A stretch of DNA of 64,000 bases, taken from the IMG/VR virus record IMGVR_UViG_3300035698_023946, one strand, 5' to 3'. How positions within the stretch are numbered: position 1 is the first letter of the stretch; each line of letters opens with the position of its first letter. Below, one piece after another: positions 8,666 through 19,136 of the stretch. Source of the stretch: an uncultured virus (IMG/VR IMGVR_UViG_3300035698_023946). Taxonomy: Duplodnaviria; Heunggongvirae; Uroviricota; Caudoviricetes. The position numbers were made by a program, and so were the translations under genes. The notes beneath the pieces are model-generated. The model was not told the origin of the DNA and searched no databases. It saw only the letters and a program-made list of their open reading frames with translations.

Positions 8666-8960
8666 AATGGAAGAAACCGAATTTATCAGAGAATCAAGAG
8701 TTTTCACCACCAGAAAACAACGACCATGGAAATTGGTTGTTCGACCAACTGGGAAAGAGTATGAAGTTTCAAAATGTTTCACTGATGACGCTGGAGGTTT
8801 TGAATACATTCAAGCACACAGTCTCTCTGGAACGATCAAATCCTTTGACCTGAGAGAAGAAGCCCTTGAAAAAGCATATGGATTCACTCCCGCCAAAGAA
8901 GATGATGAAGGGATCGAAGACGAAGAAACAAATTTGACAGAAAGTAACTGAGAATAAAAA

Positions 8961-9395
8961 ATGGATAAATTCACTGAAAAAGAATATTTAACCGAAATCG
9001 TCAAATTACATTCTTTTCAAACTCAAGAAGAACGAGATAAAAGACTCAAGGAACGATTGAAAGGGAAAGAGATCGTTTCAATCATTCCTTCAAAATATGA
9101 ACACCTGGTACACGAAAGAGTTCTCACAGAAGTAATAATCGTTCATAGAGACCCTGTGATGAGTGATGACCTTTTAAAACAATGTCTTGATGGAAAACAC
9201 GATTTAGAAGATATTCACGAATCTTCATCAGATCCTTATGGGAGGAGCATAGTAAGATGGTGTAAAATTTGTGGAAGTGTTGTTATTGATATGGAGGTTG
9301 ATGTAAGAACTTATCCTGGAAGAATAATGAAAATGAAAAGTCCTGAAATTAGTAAATTAAGGAAGAAAACCCATGATGCCAGAAACACATGCTGA
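8961..9395 (+). CDS. hypothetical protein
   Basis: 144-aa ORF with RWCKICG. Confidence 0.6.
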   Translation: MDKFTEKEYLTEIVKLHSFQTQEERDKRLKERLKGKEIVSIIPSKYEHLVHERVLTEVIIVHRDPVMSDDLLKQCLDGKHDLEDIHESSSDPYGRSIVRWCKICGSVVIDMEVDVRTYPGRIMKMKSPEISKLRKKTHDARNTC

Positions 9396-9789
9396 AAGTC
9401 TTAAAAAAGCGATAGATGAATTTGACGAACTGGCAGAATACACTTTAAAAGGGCTTATGGAAAACAAGGCTTTATGTCCTTTTGAGGAAATGAAAATTTC
9501 ACGAATCATGAGAATCAGGATGTCTATCTCTTATTATTTAACGAAAGTTAAAGTTCTAGGAATAAGAAAAATCTTTGCAAAGATAAAATGAAACCATGAT
9601 GCCAGAAACTTTTCAAAAAATAAGAGATCAACAAAAGAAACAGCGACGTAAATTTTTGTTGATTATCATAATAGTGTCCTCCCTCTTCGTGGTAGGAATG
9701 TTCTTATCGAATCCATGGCATCAAAAATTGATGTCAGGAGACTATGGAATGACAGAAGATATCGAACGACCTGTCACGGAAACCTTGAA

Positions 9790-9981
9790 ATGATTATACA
9801 AATTCACAATTCATTAGTTAACGAACGTAAAGAATTAAACAGAAAAAATGGTTTAAAGAATCGGTTTAACAAACCGCTTGAAGAATTTCTTATTCATGAT
9901 TGGGTTGAGTTTTCGCAAATAAGACCCCCTATTCGTTTGCTGGAGCCTGGGGATATACCGAAAAGGAAGATGATGCGGTGA
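9790..9981 (+). CDS. small hypothetical protein, MxIxxHN family
   Basis: ATG 9790 gives MIIQIHNS; overlaps upstream stop (ATGA). Confidence 0.55.
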   Translation: MIIQIHNSLVNERKELNRKNGLKNRFNKPLEEFLIHDWVEFSQIRPPIRLLEPGDIPKRKMMR

Positions 9982-10048
9982 TGGTCTAACGGTACGACAC
10001 AACATTGCCAGTGTTGAAACGAGAGTTCGATTCTCTCTCACCGCACCA
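9975..10048 (+). tRNA. tRNA-Gly(GCC)
   Basis: GCGGTGA/TCACCGC, CAACA-TT-GCC-AG-TGTTG, A73, CCA. Confidence 0.9.
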
Positions 10049-10627
10049 CAGATAGATTATGTCTGATTTAGGAAAACGATTATTGAAAGGTCTCAAGGAA
10101 TGTGCCGAATGGGAAAAGAATGAAATTCCATTGGTGACAACTAATGTAGAAATAGATGAAGATGGAAAAGCCATTCTCGGAGAAAGAAAAAAGAGATTCA
10201 AAGATGAAACAAACAAACGGTCCTCTAGAAAAAAAAGCGGATGAACTAAGAAGTAAATTCGTAGGAAAACTTGGAATTGTGAAAGTTTCCATGAGACCTA
10301 GTTCAAATGCGGTGATGGTTCATTTCAAATCTACAGATTTTGATGAACAAATGAAATCGGAAGTCAGGGAATCATCCGAACCATTTCCGGTTTGGTTCGT
10401 TCAAGACTTAAAGGAAGACAAATGATGGATGAAATTAGAAAAAAGAAAAAGTTTATGCTTGACAGGTATTCGAAAGTGACAGCAAGCGTTGGGATTGTTA
10501 ACGAAAAAACTTTGAAAGTTAATTTGCACAAAGAAATACATTCCACCACGATGACAAATATTGAAAACTTTGCTAAACCTTTCAAGGTCAAGTTTGAAGT
10601 TGTAGGAAAAGTTAAAAAACAATAAAT

Positions 10628-10702
10628 GGCTCCATCGTTTAACTGGAAGGACGCTTCGCTACGGACGAAGTAATGTGGGTTCAAATCCTACTGGAGCTGC
10701 CA
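10628..10702 (+). tRNA. tRNA-Arg(ACG)
   Basis: CTTCG-CT-ACG-GA-CGAAG, full cloverleaf, GCCA. Confidence 0.9.
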
Positions 10703-10738
10703 TTTTAAAAGAAACTTTAGAAAGCATGGGAATAGAAT

Positions 10739-10812
10739 GGCCCGACAATTCAGTGGCTGAATAATCTCCTTATAAGGGATTTACTCCTGTTCGATCCAGG
10801 ATCGGGCTACCA
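10739..10812 (+). tRNA. tRNA-Ile(TAT)
   Basis: GGCCCGA/TCGGGCT, ATCTC-CT-TAT-AA-GGGAT, ACCA. Confidence 0.85.
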
Positions 10813-11086
10813 CCTCAATCACAAAATGAAAGGAGATCTCACAAATGCATAAATTTGAAGTCGAATTGGAAACTCTCGATATCGTGGAAAAGACTTTTCA
10901 AAACCTAAAAGAAATTGTAGAATATGAAGACCCTGAAAAACTATTTGATATTTGTGAAATTGCCGCTGACCAAGCTCGTAAAAAGAATCCTAATCTGGAC
11001 ATAAATGCTTATGATGTAAAGATCGTAAAATAACAAAAAACTCCAAACGAGCATAGCCCATGAAATTTTCCTGTTGGGCATGAGTC

Positions 11087-11115
11087 TTGACAGGAAGTAT
11101 TTTTTGGGATATGAT
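11087..11115 (+). promoter_or_regulatory. sigma70-type promoter
   Basis: TTGACA-17 nt-TATGAT. Confidence 0.7.
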
Positions 11116-11760
11116 GAAGGAATGAGGTGCATGACAAAAATGATTAATTTCGTACTTTTATTTTTTTTGTCAGCCGTATTGATTTGTGGGTTTTTTGGGA
11201 TGTTGTTTTTGATTTTTTTAACTGTTTCATTGTTAATTTACAATATCATAATGATTTCTTTTGGAATATATAGAATTTTCGCAGAAGGTCCTGGAAAAGT
11301 TTTTTGTGACGCTAATGATATCGACAGACATTGAAATGAAAAGACTAAGATGATTGATCGAGGTGTTTGAAGAAATGATTGAAGAAAAATGGAAAAAGGA
11401 ACGCAAAGAGTTTGATGAAATGATGAACGAGGTTGAAAAAAGATTGGACAAGGAACACGAGGAGGATGACGAATTGAAGGAACGTGAAGAATACGAACGA
11501 TTGAAAGAAAAATTCGGAGGTTAATACGGTGTTTGATTGGACAACTAAACCTTCTCCAAAAGTTGGAGACACAAGAGTCATAACGAAATTCGCCTGGTTT
11601 CCATGTAGGATTTTCAATGAGGAAACAAATCTGAATGATTGCAAATGGTTCCAGGTTATTACCGTCAAACAGGAGTATTGTACTTATTTAGAGCTTACTG
11701 AAAACGTTCCTGCTCCTGAAGAATATTGGGCAAATGTGGAGTTCGTAGAAAAAGAATAAT

Positions 11761-11835
11761 GGCAACGAGGGCGTCGGAAGCCCCTTCAGGACTCATATCC
11801 CTTTAGTGATAGTTCAAATCTATCCGTTGCTACCA
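11761..11835 (+). tRNA. tRNA-Met/Ile2(CAT), atypical D and anticodon stems
   Basis: GGCAACG/CGTTGCT acceptor, CT-CAT-AT loop with weak stem, GATAG-TTCAAAT-CTATC, ACCA. Confidence 0.7.
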
Positions 11836-11896
11836 AATGATGAATAGTAAATAAAATTGCCACTAAATATAAAAATATAGAAGGGATTTCAGATTT

Positions 11897-12667
11897 ATGA
11901 AAAACACAGTATATAAAGAGGGGAAATGGAAGATTCATCAAGGGAATTACAAAGAAACAATAAAAAGTAAATTCGACATGATCCTAACATCTCCTCCATA
12001 CAATATCGGATCAAAAGCCAAAAAGAATACTGGAGGTAGAAAACTCGGAGGATTTGATCAAAAAAACTTTTCTTCTATTATTGGATACAAAGACAATTTA
12101 CCCGAAGACGTTTATCAAGAAAGTCAAATCGATTTTTTAAACTGGGCGAATGACGCTCTTAACCCTAATGGCGTTTTAATCTATAATCACAAGGATAGAC
12201 AGAAAGATGGCCGGCTGATCTCTCCATACGAATGGCTAAACAAAGGTAATCTCGTTGTTCGTGACCACGCTACTTGGGACCGAGGTTCAACTCACAATCA
12301 TGAAAAGAGGCATGTGTATAATCAAACCGAGCATATATTTGTTCTGTCTAAACCAGGCGCAAAATTTTATTTTCAGAACAAAAATTTTCCTTGGGCCGAT
12401 GACGGCAACAAAGGAGTAGGGAATATTTTTCGGGTTTCAAGGGCTAAAAACATTGGGCATTGTGCCCCTATGCCTTTGAAATTAGCAATGTTTATAATCG
12501 ATCTTTGGTGTCCAAAGGGCGGATCTGTATGTGACCCATATAATGGATCAGGAACGTCGCTCATTGCCGCAATAATGATAGGAAGAACTTATGTAGGTGC
12601 AGAACGAGAAAAAAAATTCGTGGACATGACTCTTAAAAGGATTAAGGAGGAGCTGACTAATGGTTAA
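11897..12667 (+). CDS. DNA N4-cytosine/N6-adenine methyltransferase (beta class)
   Basis: TSPPY catalytic motif then DPYNGSGT SAM-binding motif. Confidence 0.9.
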   Translation: MKNTVYKEGKWKIHQGNYKETIKSKFDMILTSPPYNIGSKAKKNTGGRKLGGFDQKNFSSIIGYKDNLPEDVYQESQIDFLNWANDALNPNGVLIYNHKDRQKDGRLISPYEWLNKGNLVVRDHATWDRGSTHNHEKRHVYNQTEHIFVLSKPGAKFYFQNKNFPWADDGNKGVGNIFRVSRAKNIGHCAPMPLKLAMFIIDLWCPKGGSVCDPYNGSGTSLIAAIMIGRTYVGAEREKKFVDMTLKRIKEELTNG

Positions 12668-13502
12668 GCAATCAAAAATTCCGAAAGACGAACGCCAACA
12701 ACGATGTTCAAAAAGTCATCAATCTTTTACCGCCGCCAACAAAAAGACTTTTGAAGAAATTGCAAAAGATATAAAAGAGTTCTGTTTAGGCGATGATCAT
12801 ATATCTGAAATGTCCATTCTAAACTTGTCAGATCTAAACGGAAATATTCTTATAAATCAATTTATGCCAAATAAGAATATGGAATTACCAAAACCTGAAG
12901 GATCACCTGGGGTGTTTTTGGTAAGACTTGAAATATTTAAAATAATACGCTCCATCAATGACGATCAAACAGAACGTGAAGAGAAAGAAAAAACGGGTAG
13001 ATTCTTGCAAATATTTATAAAAAGTAATTCTTCTATAGCAGAAAGATTCCCAGTACAAACATCGTATGCAGATAATATGAATCGAAGAGTTAAAAAACTA
13101 CATTCGGACAACATTGAAGGATATGATGAACTAAAAACCAAAGAGATTCAAGACCACATGTTAAAAAGAGATCTTCCTACGGATAAAGATATACTTGATG
13201 CTTATCTAAATTCTTATGAAGACAATGAATTATCTAAGATGTTTAGAACTTACGCAAATAAATATATTAGATTTTGCCTGGTTCTAGGATCAGGCAAAAA
13301 AACGAACGATAAAGTTGTTAACGCTATCAATGGACTTCAAAAAAAGTTTGATTATAATAGGTATCTTTGTTTTGATCGAAGCTTCGGATCAGGTTTAAGT
13401 CCTTTTAAACGCAAAAACATAATTAAATATTTAGAAGAATGTAGTAATGAGTTATATGAAAGATATAAATATGAGAGAAAAAACCTTGTCGGTAAATTCT
13501 AA
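12660..13502 (+). CDS. hypothetical protein within the MTase-HNH cassette
   Basis: 280-aa ORF, AGGAGG RBS, overlaps MTase stop. Confidence 0.7.
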   Translation: MVKQSKIPKDERQQRCSKSHQSFTAANKKTFEEIAKDIKEFCLGDDHISEMSILNLSDLNGNILINQFMPNKNMELPKPEGSPGVFLVRLEIFKIIRSINDDQTEREEKEKTGRFLQIFIKSNSSIAERFPVQTSYADNMNRRVKKLHSDNIEGYDELKTKEIQDHMLKRDLPTDKDILDAYLNSYEDNELSKMFRTYANKYIRFCLVLGSGKKTNDKVVNAINGLQKKFDYNRYLCFDRSFGSGLSPFKRKNIIKYLEECSNELYERYKYERKNLVGKF

Positions 13503-14103
13503 CCCAGATGACCTCCTAATCGATACAATTTCAAAATGGAAGAAACTCCCAGCGATATCTTCTATGAAAGACAAAAAATATCTGATTTCAATTTGTCACC
13601 AAAAATGCTGTCTTACAAAAACCGAAAAACCAGATATTTTTTGTAGACACAACTGTGGAGAATCTTCATCTTGGTCTGATTTTCAGATGCTTTCTAAAAA
13701 TATTTCTCCAATAATAAGCCGTTGCCCAGAAGCCGTAGACTCTATATGTGACGAGTTTTTCTTATCAAAAATTACAAAATATATTGAGATAAATAGATCC
13801 ATCACTATAGAACGAGAAGAAAAACTTCTCGATCTTGCCAAAAAAAGCCATACTGAAAAAAGAGGGAGATATGAAGCGACATCAGAATGGAAATCCCGGA
13901 AGAAATGTGTCGCAGAAGCATACGGAAACAGATGTTGTTTGTGTAATAAACAACATCTTCATCTCGACATTCATCACGTATCATACGATAGATATGGAAT
14001 GGAAAATTTTTCCGATCTTATTCCACTTTGTACTGAATGTCATAAAATTGCTCCAAAATCTCATAACAGACATGCCACTAAAAGATTCATTATAAGGTAC
14101 TAG
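13447..14103 (+). CDS. HNH endonuclease
   Basis: CCLC...LDIHHVSY...DLIPLCTECH. Confidence 0.8.
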   Translation: MSYMKDINMREKTLSVNSNPDDLLIDTISKWKKLPAISSMKDKKYLISICHQKCCLTKTEKPDIFCRHNCGESSSWSDFQMLSKNISPIISRCPEAVDSICDEFFLSKITKYIEINRSITIEREEKLLDLAKKSHTEKRGRYEATSEWKSRKKCVAEAYGNRCCLCNKQHLHLDIHHVSYDRYGMENFSDLIPLCTECHKIAPKSHNRHATKRFIIRY

Positions 14104-14104
14104 A

Positions 14105-14707
14105 ATGAATAGCGGAATATACACATCTTATAAATCAAACAATGATTTTCTTGTTTCTAAAGTAGCAAAATTATATTTATCTTCAGAAAATCGTATCGCA
14201 GACATCACCTTCGGAAAAGGTGTGTTTTGGAAGCAAATAAATCTTTCAGATTACAAAATTGTTTCTTCCGATCTTCTGACCAAAGCCGATGTCAAATGTG
14301 ATTTTAAGCAAACTCCATATAGGGATAAGTTCTTTGATGTCGTAGTGTTCGATCCACCATACGCACACAACCCTGGAAAAATGATTGTTAATCCAGCATT
14401 CAAAAATTCTGAGACCACGAAAGGCTTCTATCATAAAGACATCATTAATCTATATGAACAAGGAATGATTGAAGCACATCGAATATTGGTTAAGGGAGGA
14501 TTTCTGTGGATAAAATGTCAAGATGAAATCGAAACATCTAAACAAAGATACAGTCATATTGAAATTTTTAACATTGCTAATGACATGGGTTTTTATGCAA
14601 AAGACTTATTTGTAGTAACTAGATTGAGCGATCCTGTCATTCAGCATAAAAAACAAAAACATGCAAGAAAGAATCATAGCTATCTATGGATTTTTCAAAA
14701 AAAATGA
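14105..14707 (+). CDS. DNA adenine/N4-cytosine methyltransferase
   Basis: ADITFGKG SAM motif and FDPPY catalytic motif. Confidence 0.85.
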   Translation: MNSGIYTSYKSNNDFLVSKVAKLYLSSENRIADITFGKGVFWKQINLSDYKIVSSDLLTKADVKCDFKQTPYRDKFFDVVVFDPPYAHNPGKMIVNPAFKNSETTKGFYHKDIINLYEQGMIEAHRILVKGGFLWIKCQDEIETSKQRYSHIEIFNIANDMGFYAKDLFVVTRLSDPVIQHKKQKHARKNHSYLWIFQKK

Positions 14708-14833
14708 ATTTAAACATCTCAAGATGTATTTACATACCTTTTTTCAAGAAAAAGAGGAAAAAGATCGAAAAAAATAGAAAATTGTTAGACGTGAGTTATT
14801 TGAAAAGAAAAACTGACGTTCTTCAAAAAAGGG

Positions 14834-14862
14834 TTGACAAGATCGGAAAATACTGGTATCAT
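14834..14862 (+). promoter_or_regulatory. sigma70-type promoter upstream of tRNA-Val and tmRNA
   Basis: TTGACA-17 nt-TATCAT. Confidence 0.65.
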
Positions 14863-15059
14863 AATCAGTGTGATGGAAAAAGGGTAGAAGACACTCTCGA
14901 AAAAATCAATATACGATGTGAAGACTTTCACAGGCACTTTAATCAAAGACATATCGACGATGGAGGAGTGCCAGGTAAATCGAAATGGGAATTAGATTTA
15001 GCATTATCTTGTTTGAGTATTTTATCAAAAATTGAAGCAAGTCGTTGGGATCATGGTCT

Positions 15060-15135
15060 GGGGGATTAGCTCAATTGGAAGAGCGTCGTCGTTACATGGC
15101 GGATGTCACTGGTTCGAACCCAGTATCCCTCACCA
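15060..15135 (+). tRNA. tRNA-Val(TAC)
   Basis: GGGGGAT/ATCCCTC, TCGTC-GT-TAC-AT-GGCGG, GGTTCGAAC, ACCA. Confidence 0.9.
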
Positions 15136-15318
15136 TCATTTAAGAGGAGTTGGAAATGGATTTTGATAGAGAAAAAGTTTTACACGAATTGAGAACCAAA
15201 GATTGGACTAAATATTGGAAAAAGTTTTCCGACAATGTCAGTCCACGAGTTGAAGAAAACAGAAGGAAGAGAATAAAGTCCCTTGCAAAAGCGAAGGGCC
15301 GTACTTTAAAATAATTAT

Positions 15319-15669
15319 GGGGGTGAATGTTTCGACGTGAGATAGTGGTTCTTGTGTTACAAGTCGGAGATTCTCGTAGGCTCCGTAAAAAAACGGGAAC
15401 ATCAATAATTGACGAATATTTACCAATTGCTGCTTAAATAAAGCGGCGGATGCTTCGGATTGGATCTCTTGGTTCTGAAAGTCATCCTCATAAACGAGAG
15501 AATAAGGAAGAGGGGACGTCTGGTCCCTCTTCTCGAAAATCAAACAGACTCGATTCTTCGTTGGTTTTTCTGGAGCCTGCTTAGGATTCAAATTAAGTCC
15601 AGAATAAACTTGTAGACGCACCAGACGAACTTTTCGCGGACGGGGGCTCGATACCCCCCACCTCCACCA
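15319..15669 (+). ncRNA. ssrA: tmRNA; tag peptide (A)DEYLPIAA
   Basis: 5' GGGGGTG...TTCGAC; 3' GGAC-GGGGG-CTCGATA-CCCCC-CACCTCC-ACCA with G3-U70; ATAATT-GAC resume at 15411, reading DEYLPIAA-TAA. Confidence 0.92.
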
Positions 15670-16787
15670 AAAAATAAAATGAGAATAAGAATAGCAAACA
15701 CATTATTGAAAGCGATTCAAAAAGACAGTAAACTGGGTCAAGCCTTGAGAGATCACAAACGAGGCCAGAAGACAGTCGTGGAAGTTGATGGCAAAAAATA
15801 CGAAGTTAAGAATCGAACTTAAATTGTGAAACAATGCTATTTCGACGAGCTTCCCATCAAACAATATCTTGAACTCACTGACAGAGTGTGCGATAGTGTA
15901 GAAAGATATCTTGAGAAATCGGGTGGCGGAACTTTTCCCACATTCAAGCAGATACAAAGTAATTTCAATCTAACTTTTAACCAAGTAGAATACATCGTCA
16001 TCGATCATGAAAACCTTTTCATAGAAAATTCTAATTCGGACAAGAGAAGTGAATGGACCATCAATTACAAGGAGGATGAAATGAGAATAGAACCAATTTC
16101 AAGAATTTACCCAAACATGGACTCCTTGAGAAAGCATGACGAAGTTCAAGAAAAAGAGATCGAAAGAGTGAGGGAGAATTTAGATGATTCTTCGGATACC
16201 AGATATGATACTAAAATCGATAAACCCTCCTTGGGAATCATTAGATGAGGATCATATCTTAACAGATGATGAAAAGAAAGAATTTAAAAAGAAATTAAAA
16301 GACTTGAAAGCAAAAGGCGGAAGTGATTTTGAAGACCTTTTGAAAGAGATGTATGGCAAAAGCAATGATTTAAAGAAAATCAAAAAGAAAAGGAAGAAGC
16401 ATCGAGAGATAGTAAATTCTCTCAAAGAAGCCGGACGTAAGATAGCACATGCTTCGGAAAAAGTTAAAGAGAAATCCGAAGAAAATGAAAAGAGAAGGAA
16501 AAAGATCATCAACAACTTACTGAAAAAATGAGAACCAATTTTGAGAAGAAATATGATGTGAGATGGTTTGAGAATTTTGACACACATCATTGGTGTCTCA
16601 AGTTTCATGGTTATTCCATTCATGTGAGTCGCATCGAAACGGAGGATTCGACATTTTTAATCAAAATCAGAGATGATGAAACTGAAAGAATGAAATTTCG
16701 TGTCACCGGGGAACTGATGGAAGCAAAAATAAAAGCCGAGAAACGTTTAGGAAACATCTTCGCGGCAGATCACGGAGTCTACACATA

Positions 16788-17174
16788 ATGCCAATGCCCT
16801 CATCTGAAGAAGAACGACAGAAGTGTCAAGATCTAGCAGAACGCAGAGAAACAGAATTCATAGATGTGAGAGGAATTCAAGTCGAGAGTGACTTACTGAA
16901 TCTTTTACCGGATAAATTGATCAAAAATTTTCAAGTGATTCCGGTCGAAAAGACCGAAGATAAAATCAAGATCGTTTTCGCCGATCTCGACAACATGGAA
17001 GCCGTCTCAGATGTCGAGCTTTGCATAGAACAAGAATTAGGAATCCAACCAATGATGTGTGTCGGATGTCCTCCAGATGTAGAAGAATTGATCGAAAGCA
17101 CTTTCAATCGAAAATCACAGAAGATTGGGAAACTGATCGACAAGTCAATTGAAGAATTGAAAGGGAAGAAATGA
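16788..17174 (+). CDS. stand-alone GspE/PilB N-terminal-like domain protein
   Basis: LLNLLP..LIKNFQVIPV......KIVFAD..N.EAV..VE pattern. Confidence 0.65.
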   Translation: MPMPSSEEERQKCQDLAERRETEFIDVRGIQVESDLLNLLPDKLIKNFQVIPVEKTEDKIKIVFADLDNMEAVSDVELCIEQELGIQPMMCVGCPPDVEELIESTFNRKSQKIGKLIDKSIEELKGKK

Positions 17175-17533
17175 TTAGATTATGGTATAAGTTGAAAGAT
17201 TTCAGCCCCAAGAGAAGTTTGATATTTTACATCCAAAGAAAGATGAGAGGATGGGACGATTCTGACACTTGGAGCCTAGACTTCGCTTTCGGAAAATTCA
17301 TTCATCCACGCCTAATCAGATTCAAGGAAGTGAATTGCGGTCGTCCGGAGGGGTTGACAGAAGAAGAGTGGGATGATATACTACAAGAAATGATTGATGG
17401 TTTCGAGGTCATGGCCAATGAAGAAAGATATTGGGGAATTAACGGGAAGAATGGACTTTGGGTTAATGATTTAAATAAGGCTCAAAGATCGATGGACCTT
17501 TTTCATGAATGGTATAGAGACTTATGGTGGTGA
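17171..17533 (+). CDS. hypothetical phage protein, paralogue of 5719..6009
   Basis: DTWSLD...IHPRL.RFK...GLTEEEWDDIL...WYRDLWW. Confidence 0.75.
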   Translation: MIRLWYKLKDFSPKRSLIFYIQRKMRGWDDSDTWSLDFAFGKFIHPRLIRFKEVNCGRPEGLTEEEWDDILQEMIDGFEVMANEERYWGINGKNGLWVNDLNKAQRSMDLFHEWYRDLWW

Positions 17534-18094
17534 AAGGATTAACAGAACATGATAAAGAAGATAGGAATTATTCGTTGCCAACAAACAGAAGACATGTGTC
17601 CTAGCACCACCTGTATTAAAAATGCAACCTCTGGGAATTTAGAATTTTCTCCGCCAATTGATGATATTGGCGCAACAGAATTTAGACTAATTGGTTTAGT
17701 TAGTTGTGGTGGTTGTCCTGGAAAACGTGCGGTGATGAGGGCGGAAGAAATGGTTCGTCGTGGAGCAAGCGTAATTGTTTTTGGAGCTTGTATAGGTCGA
17801 GGAAACCCAGTTGGAATTCCCTGTCCACATTTCAAAAAAATGAAACAGGCGATCAAATCAAGAGTTGGTAAAGAAGTCGAAATAATTGACAGGACACATT
17901 AAAATGAATAAAAGCCATCGACCTATGGAAAAAAGCAATATTGTCGGGTTCAACGGTACGGCAAGAACTGGATGTGGTAGATCCATGGTTATCGCTCAAC
18001 ACGATCTAGATGGACTTTGGATTAATGATTTGAATAAGGCTCAAAGATCGATGGACCTTTTTCATGAATGGTATAGAAACTTATGGTGGTGAAA
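17451..18094 (+). repeat. 85-bp direct repeat (17451-17535 and 18010-18094) flanking the CGGC gene
   Basis: The two copies differ at 3 positions. Confidence 0.9.
17549..17902 (+). CDS. CGGC-domain protein
   Basis: KIGIIRCQQTEDMCP...C...VSCGGCPG...C...PCPH...THstop. Confidence 0.88.
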   Translation: MIKKIGIIRCQQTEDMCPSTTCIKNATSGNLEFSPPIDDIGATEFRLIGLVSCGGCPGKRAVMRAEEMVRRGASVIVFGACIGRGNPVGIPCPHFKKMKQAIKSRVGKEVEIIDRTH

Positions 18095-18639
18095 AATGAT
18101 ATTTAGAGACAAGTTAGGTTGGCCAGTTGAAAGAATCAAAGGAAGATATGTCTTCAATTTTCTTCGACTGTTAATTCATACCAACTGGAAAACAACAATA
18201 GCATATTGCTGTTGTGATAAAAGTCACAAAATGACGAAATCTTCAAACGCAGATAACCCAAACACTTGTGATGGGTCTTTGAAAACTGAAAAAGATGTAG
18301 AATCTACACAAACCACAATTACGGATATACATGGAAAATTCCCAGCAAGTAACATCGACTTATATGAAAAAGATGTAGAAACTGTGGCCAGAATTTTAAG
18401 AGAGAAAAAATGACTGATATTCAATTGATGGAATGGTTGGAAAACAATCTTGATGGTGGTGCATTGGTGAGTGACGATGCAGGTAGATTCGCAGTCGTCT
18501 TCGACGGCTGCCAGAATGTACCGGAAGAAAAACCGACAGACATTTCCACATCATTCTGGATTGATGCCGATCAATGGTGCAATTCTGTCAGAGAAGCCAT
18601 TGAGAAAGCGGTTGAAAAAGATGAAAGAGAAACATAAGT

Positions 18640-18714
18640 GGCTCCATAGTTTAACTGGTAAAACGGACGACCGATAATCGTCTGCTGAAAGTTCAATCCT
18701 TTCTGGAGCCACCA
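18640..18714 (+). tRNA. tRNA-Ile(GAT)
   Basis: GGCTCCA/TGGAGCC, GACGA-CC-GAT-AA-TCGTC (C33), ACCA. Confidence 0.88.
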
Positions 18715-19136
18715 AATTTTAAAATGACAGATATAACTAATTTAAGGAATATGCTAGATTGTGTTTTCGAATGTCTAGAAAATGGGAAATATGATCTTGG
18801 AGTCAACCACTTCGACTATTTCAAAAAAAGAATCTTAGAACGTATCGATGAATTAAAAGATGAGTCCAAATCCAAATACACAGGAATATTCAACAAACTT
18901 TCAAAAACTATCGATCTTGCGAGAAAGGTACAGGGACAATGAATGTAAAAGAATTGATTGAAGAATTAGAAAAATTTGATCCTGAACTGGAAGTTTGGGT
19001 TCGTGACGAAGTGGAGGGAAATGACGGAAAGCTTGCCTTTGTCGAAAAGTCTGAACAACATTATCGAATTAACAGAAAAAAAGAATTTGAGAAATGTGAC
19101 CCGTATCCAATTGCAATGATTAGGTGGTAAAAATAT

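Noticed and set aside
15238..15621. 127-aa minus-strand ORF
   Set aside because: It is antisense to the tmRNA; a shadow ORF.
17886..18092. 68-aa ORF as an independent gene
   Set aside because: Its C-terminus is the duplicated 85-bp end of 17171..17533; probably a recombination by-product.
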